In this document: piece after piece, positions 63,034-64,000 of the stretch | Position numbering within the stretch: position 1 is the first letter of the stretch | How the letters are laid out: each line of letters starts with the position of its first letter | Source of the DNA: Octopus sinensis | Lineage: Eukaryota | Direction of reading: 5' to 3' | DNA length: 64,000 bases | Assembly (NCBI RefSeq): GCF_006345805.1 | Contig: NC_043009.1 | Span: 44,950,001 to 45,014,000 of the forward strand | Translations under genes and position numbers: made by a program | The notes under the pieces: model-generated | What the model saw: only the letters and a program-made list of their open reading frames with translations | What the model was told of the DNA's origin: nothing | Databases searched by the model: none

Positions 63034-64000
63034 ACACATATAAACATGAATGCTTTCATTGACAAACACTGATAACCTTTTTTCTTGTGAAGTTTAATAA
63101 ACATGTACTCCACGGGAAAGTATTGAGTCACCCTTCGCTTTAATGTTAAATTGCTTTTATATGTAACTTGACATAAAAAAACATTAATATGTATATTAGT
63201 TAAACAACACACAAACACATATATACAAGCGTGTGTCTATCTATCTATTTATTTATATACATACATACTGGCTGCACTAATTAACTTTATATATATCCCT
63301 TTGAAGAATTCCGTGTTTTGTATTCAACCATTCACAGCCTTTTGGCATTTGGCATTTTGTCAAGCTAGTTAATCATCAAGATTAATACACGTGTGTAGGC
63401 GAGGAGCTGTAGGTGACATGTAGGTGTGTATGAATGTATGTAACTATGAAACACTTAAGGCTGTTCATTGAAGGCGTGCAGGGCAGCGACGGACGTCATA
63501 CACCGATTTAGATAATTATCTTTGTAAGGTTATTAGTGCTTGGAAGGAATAAAATTTATAGATTAGTTGTAACTGTAAGTACAGCTGTTACGGAGCATCT
63601 TAGGAATTTTGTAAATAATTTATTGAAATAAAGTCAAATGACAATAAGAAAATATATAAAACAAATATTTTGCGTTTTATTTTGAATTAATTAGTCACAA
63701 CATATAGATATTAATGTATTGTTTGTCACTCTTATGTATAAGGAAAAAGCAATGCTGGATTTAGATGAAGAGAGACCCTGGCCTTAACTTAGCCTTAACT
63801 TAAGGGGCTACTCCCAGTCTTTACTCTCATAACTAGAATTATATATACACCTTGGTCAGAGCCCCTAGTTTTCGAGGCCCTATATGTAGATTGGTAAGAG
63901 GAAGAAAGGAAGCGATCCCTAATCCGAAAACCTGACCTTAAAGCTTGTAACATAGTGAAAGTCGTCGAAGATGGACAGTATTTTATGCCACACCCACACA

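Larger units (their letters stand above)
62275..63185. mobile_element. Inverted repeat pair (~120 bp) enclosing a hammerhead-like motif and a SINE
   Basis: Arms at 62275-62395 and 63061-63185. Confidence 0.75.

Overview
AT-rich eukaryotic genomic DNA, saturated with microsatellites and transposable elements. The repeat complement looks like an octopus or other coleoid cephalopod genome; this is my inference and was not verified. I recognise no intact host protein-coding gene. Most ORFs in the supplied track are microsatellite translation artefacts or transposon remnants. Recognisable elements: several modular tRNA-derived SINE families, a degraded Tx1/L1-type LINE, CR1/L2- and RTE-type LINE 3' ends, two inverted Helitron deletion derivatives with intact termini (one carrying a nested Tc1 derivative), a full-length degraded Tigger/pogo element, a Chapaev3-like transposase fragment, mariner and hAT remnants, and many fold-back repeats. 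The most interesting signal is non-coding: about nine minimal type-I hammerhead-ribozyme motifs plus degenerate relatives, in short (TA)n-adjacent repeats that resemble Penelope-like retroelement terminal repeats. Two of them (38716-38758 on +, 32619-32713 on -) have a canonical core, a cleavable triplet and a palindromic stem III. Others share a recurrent non-canonical CUGUNGA core. Also notable: a ~555-bp element that appears to insert into (TAA)n arrays, and a SINE/LINE pair sharing a 3' tail with a compensatory stem-loop. All coordinates were read by eye and may be off by a few bases; family names are by motif recognition, not database search.
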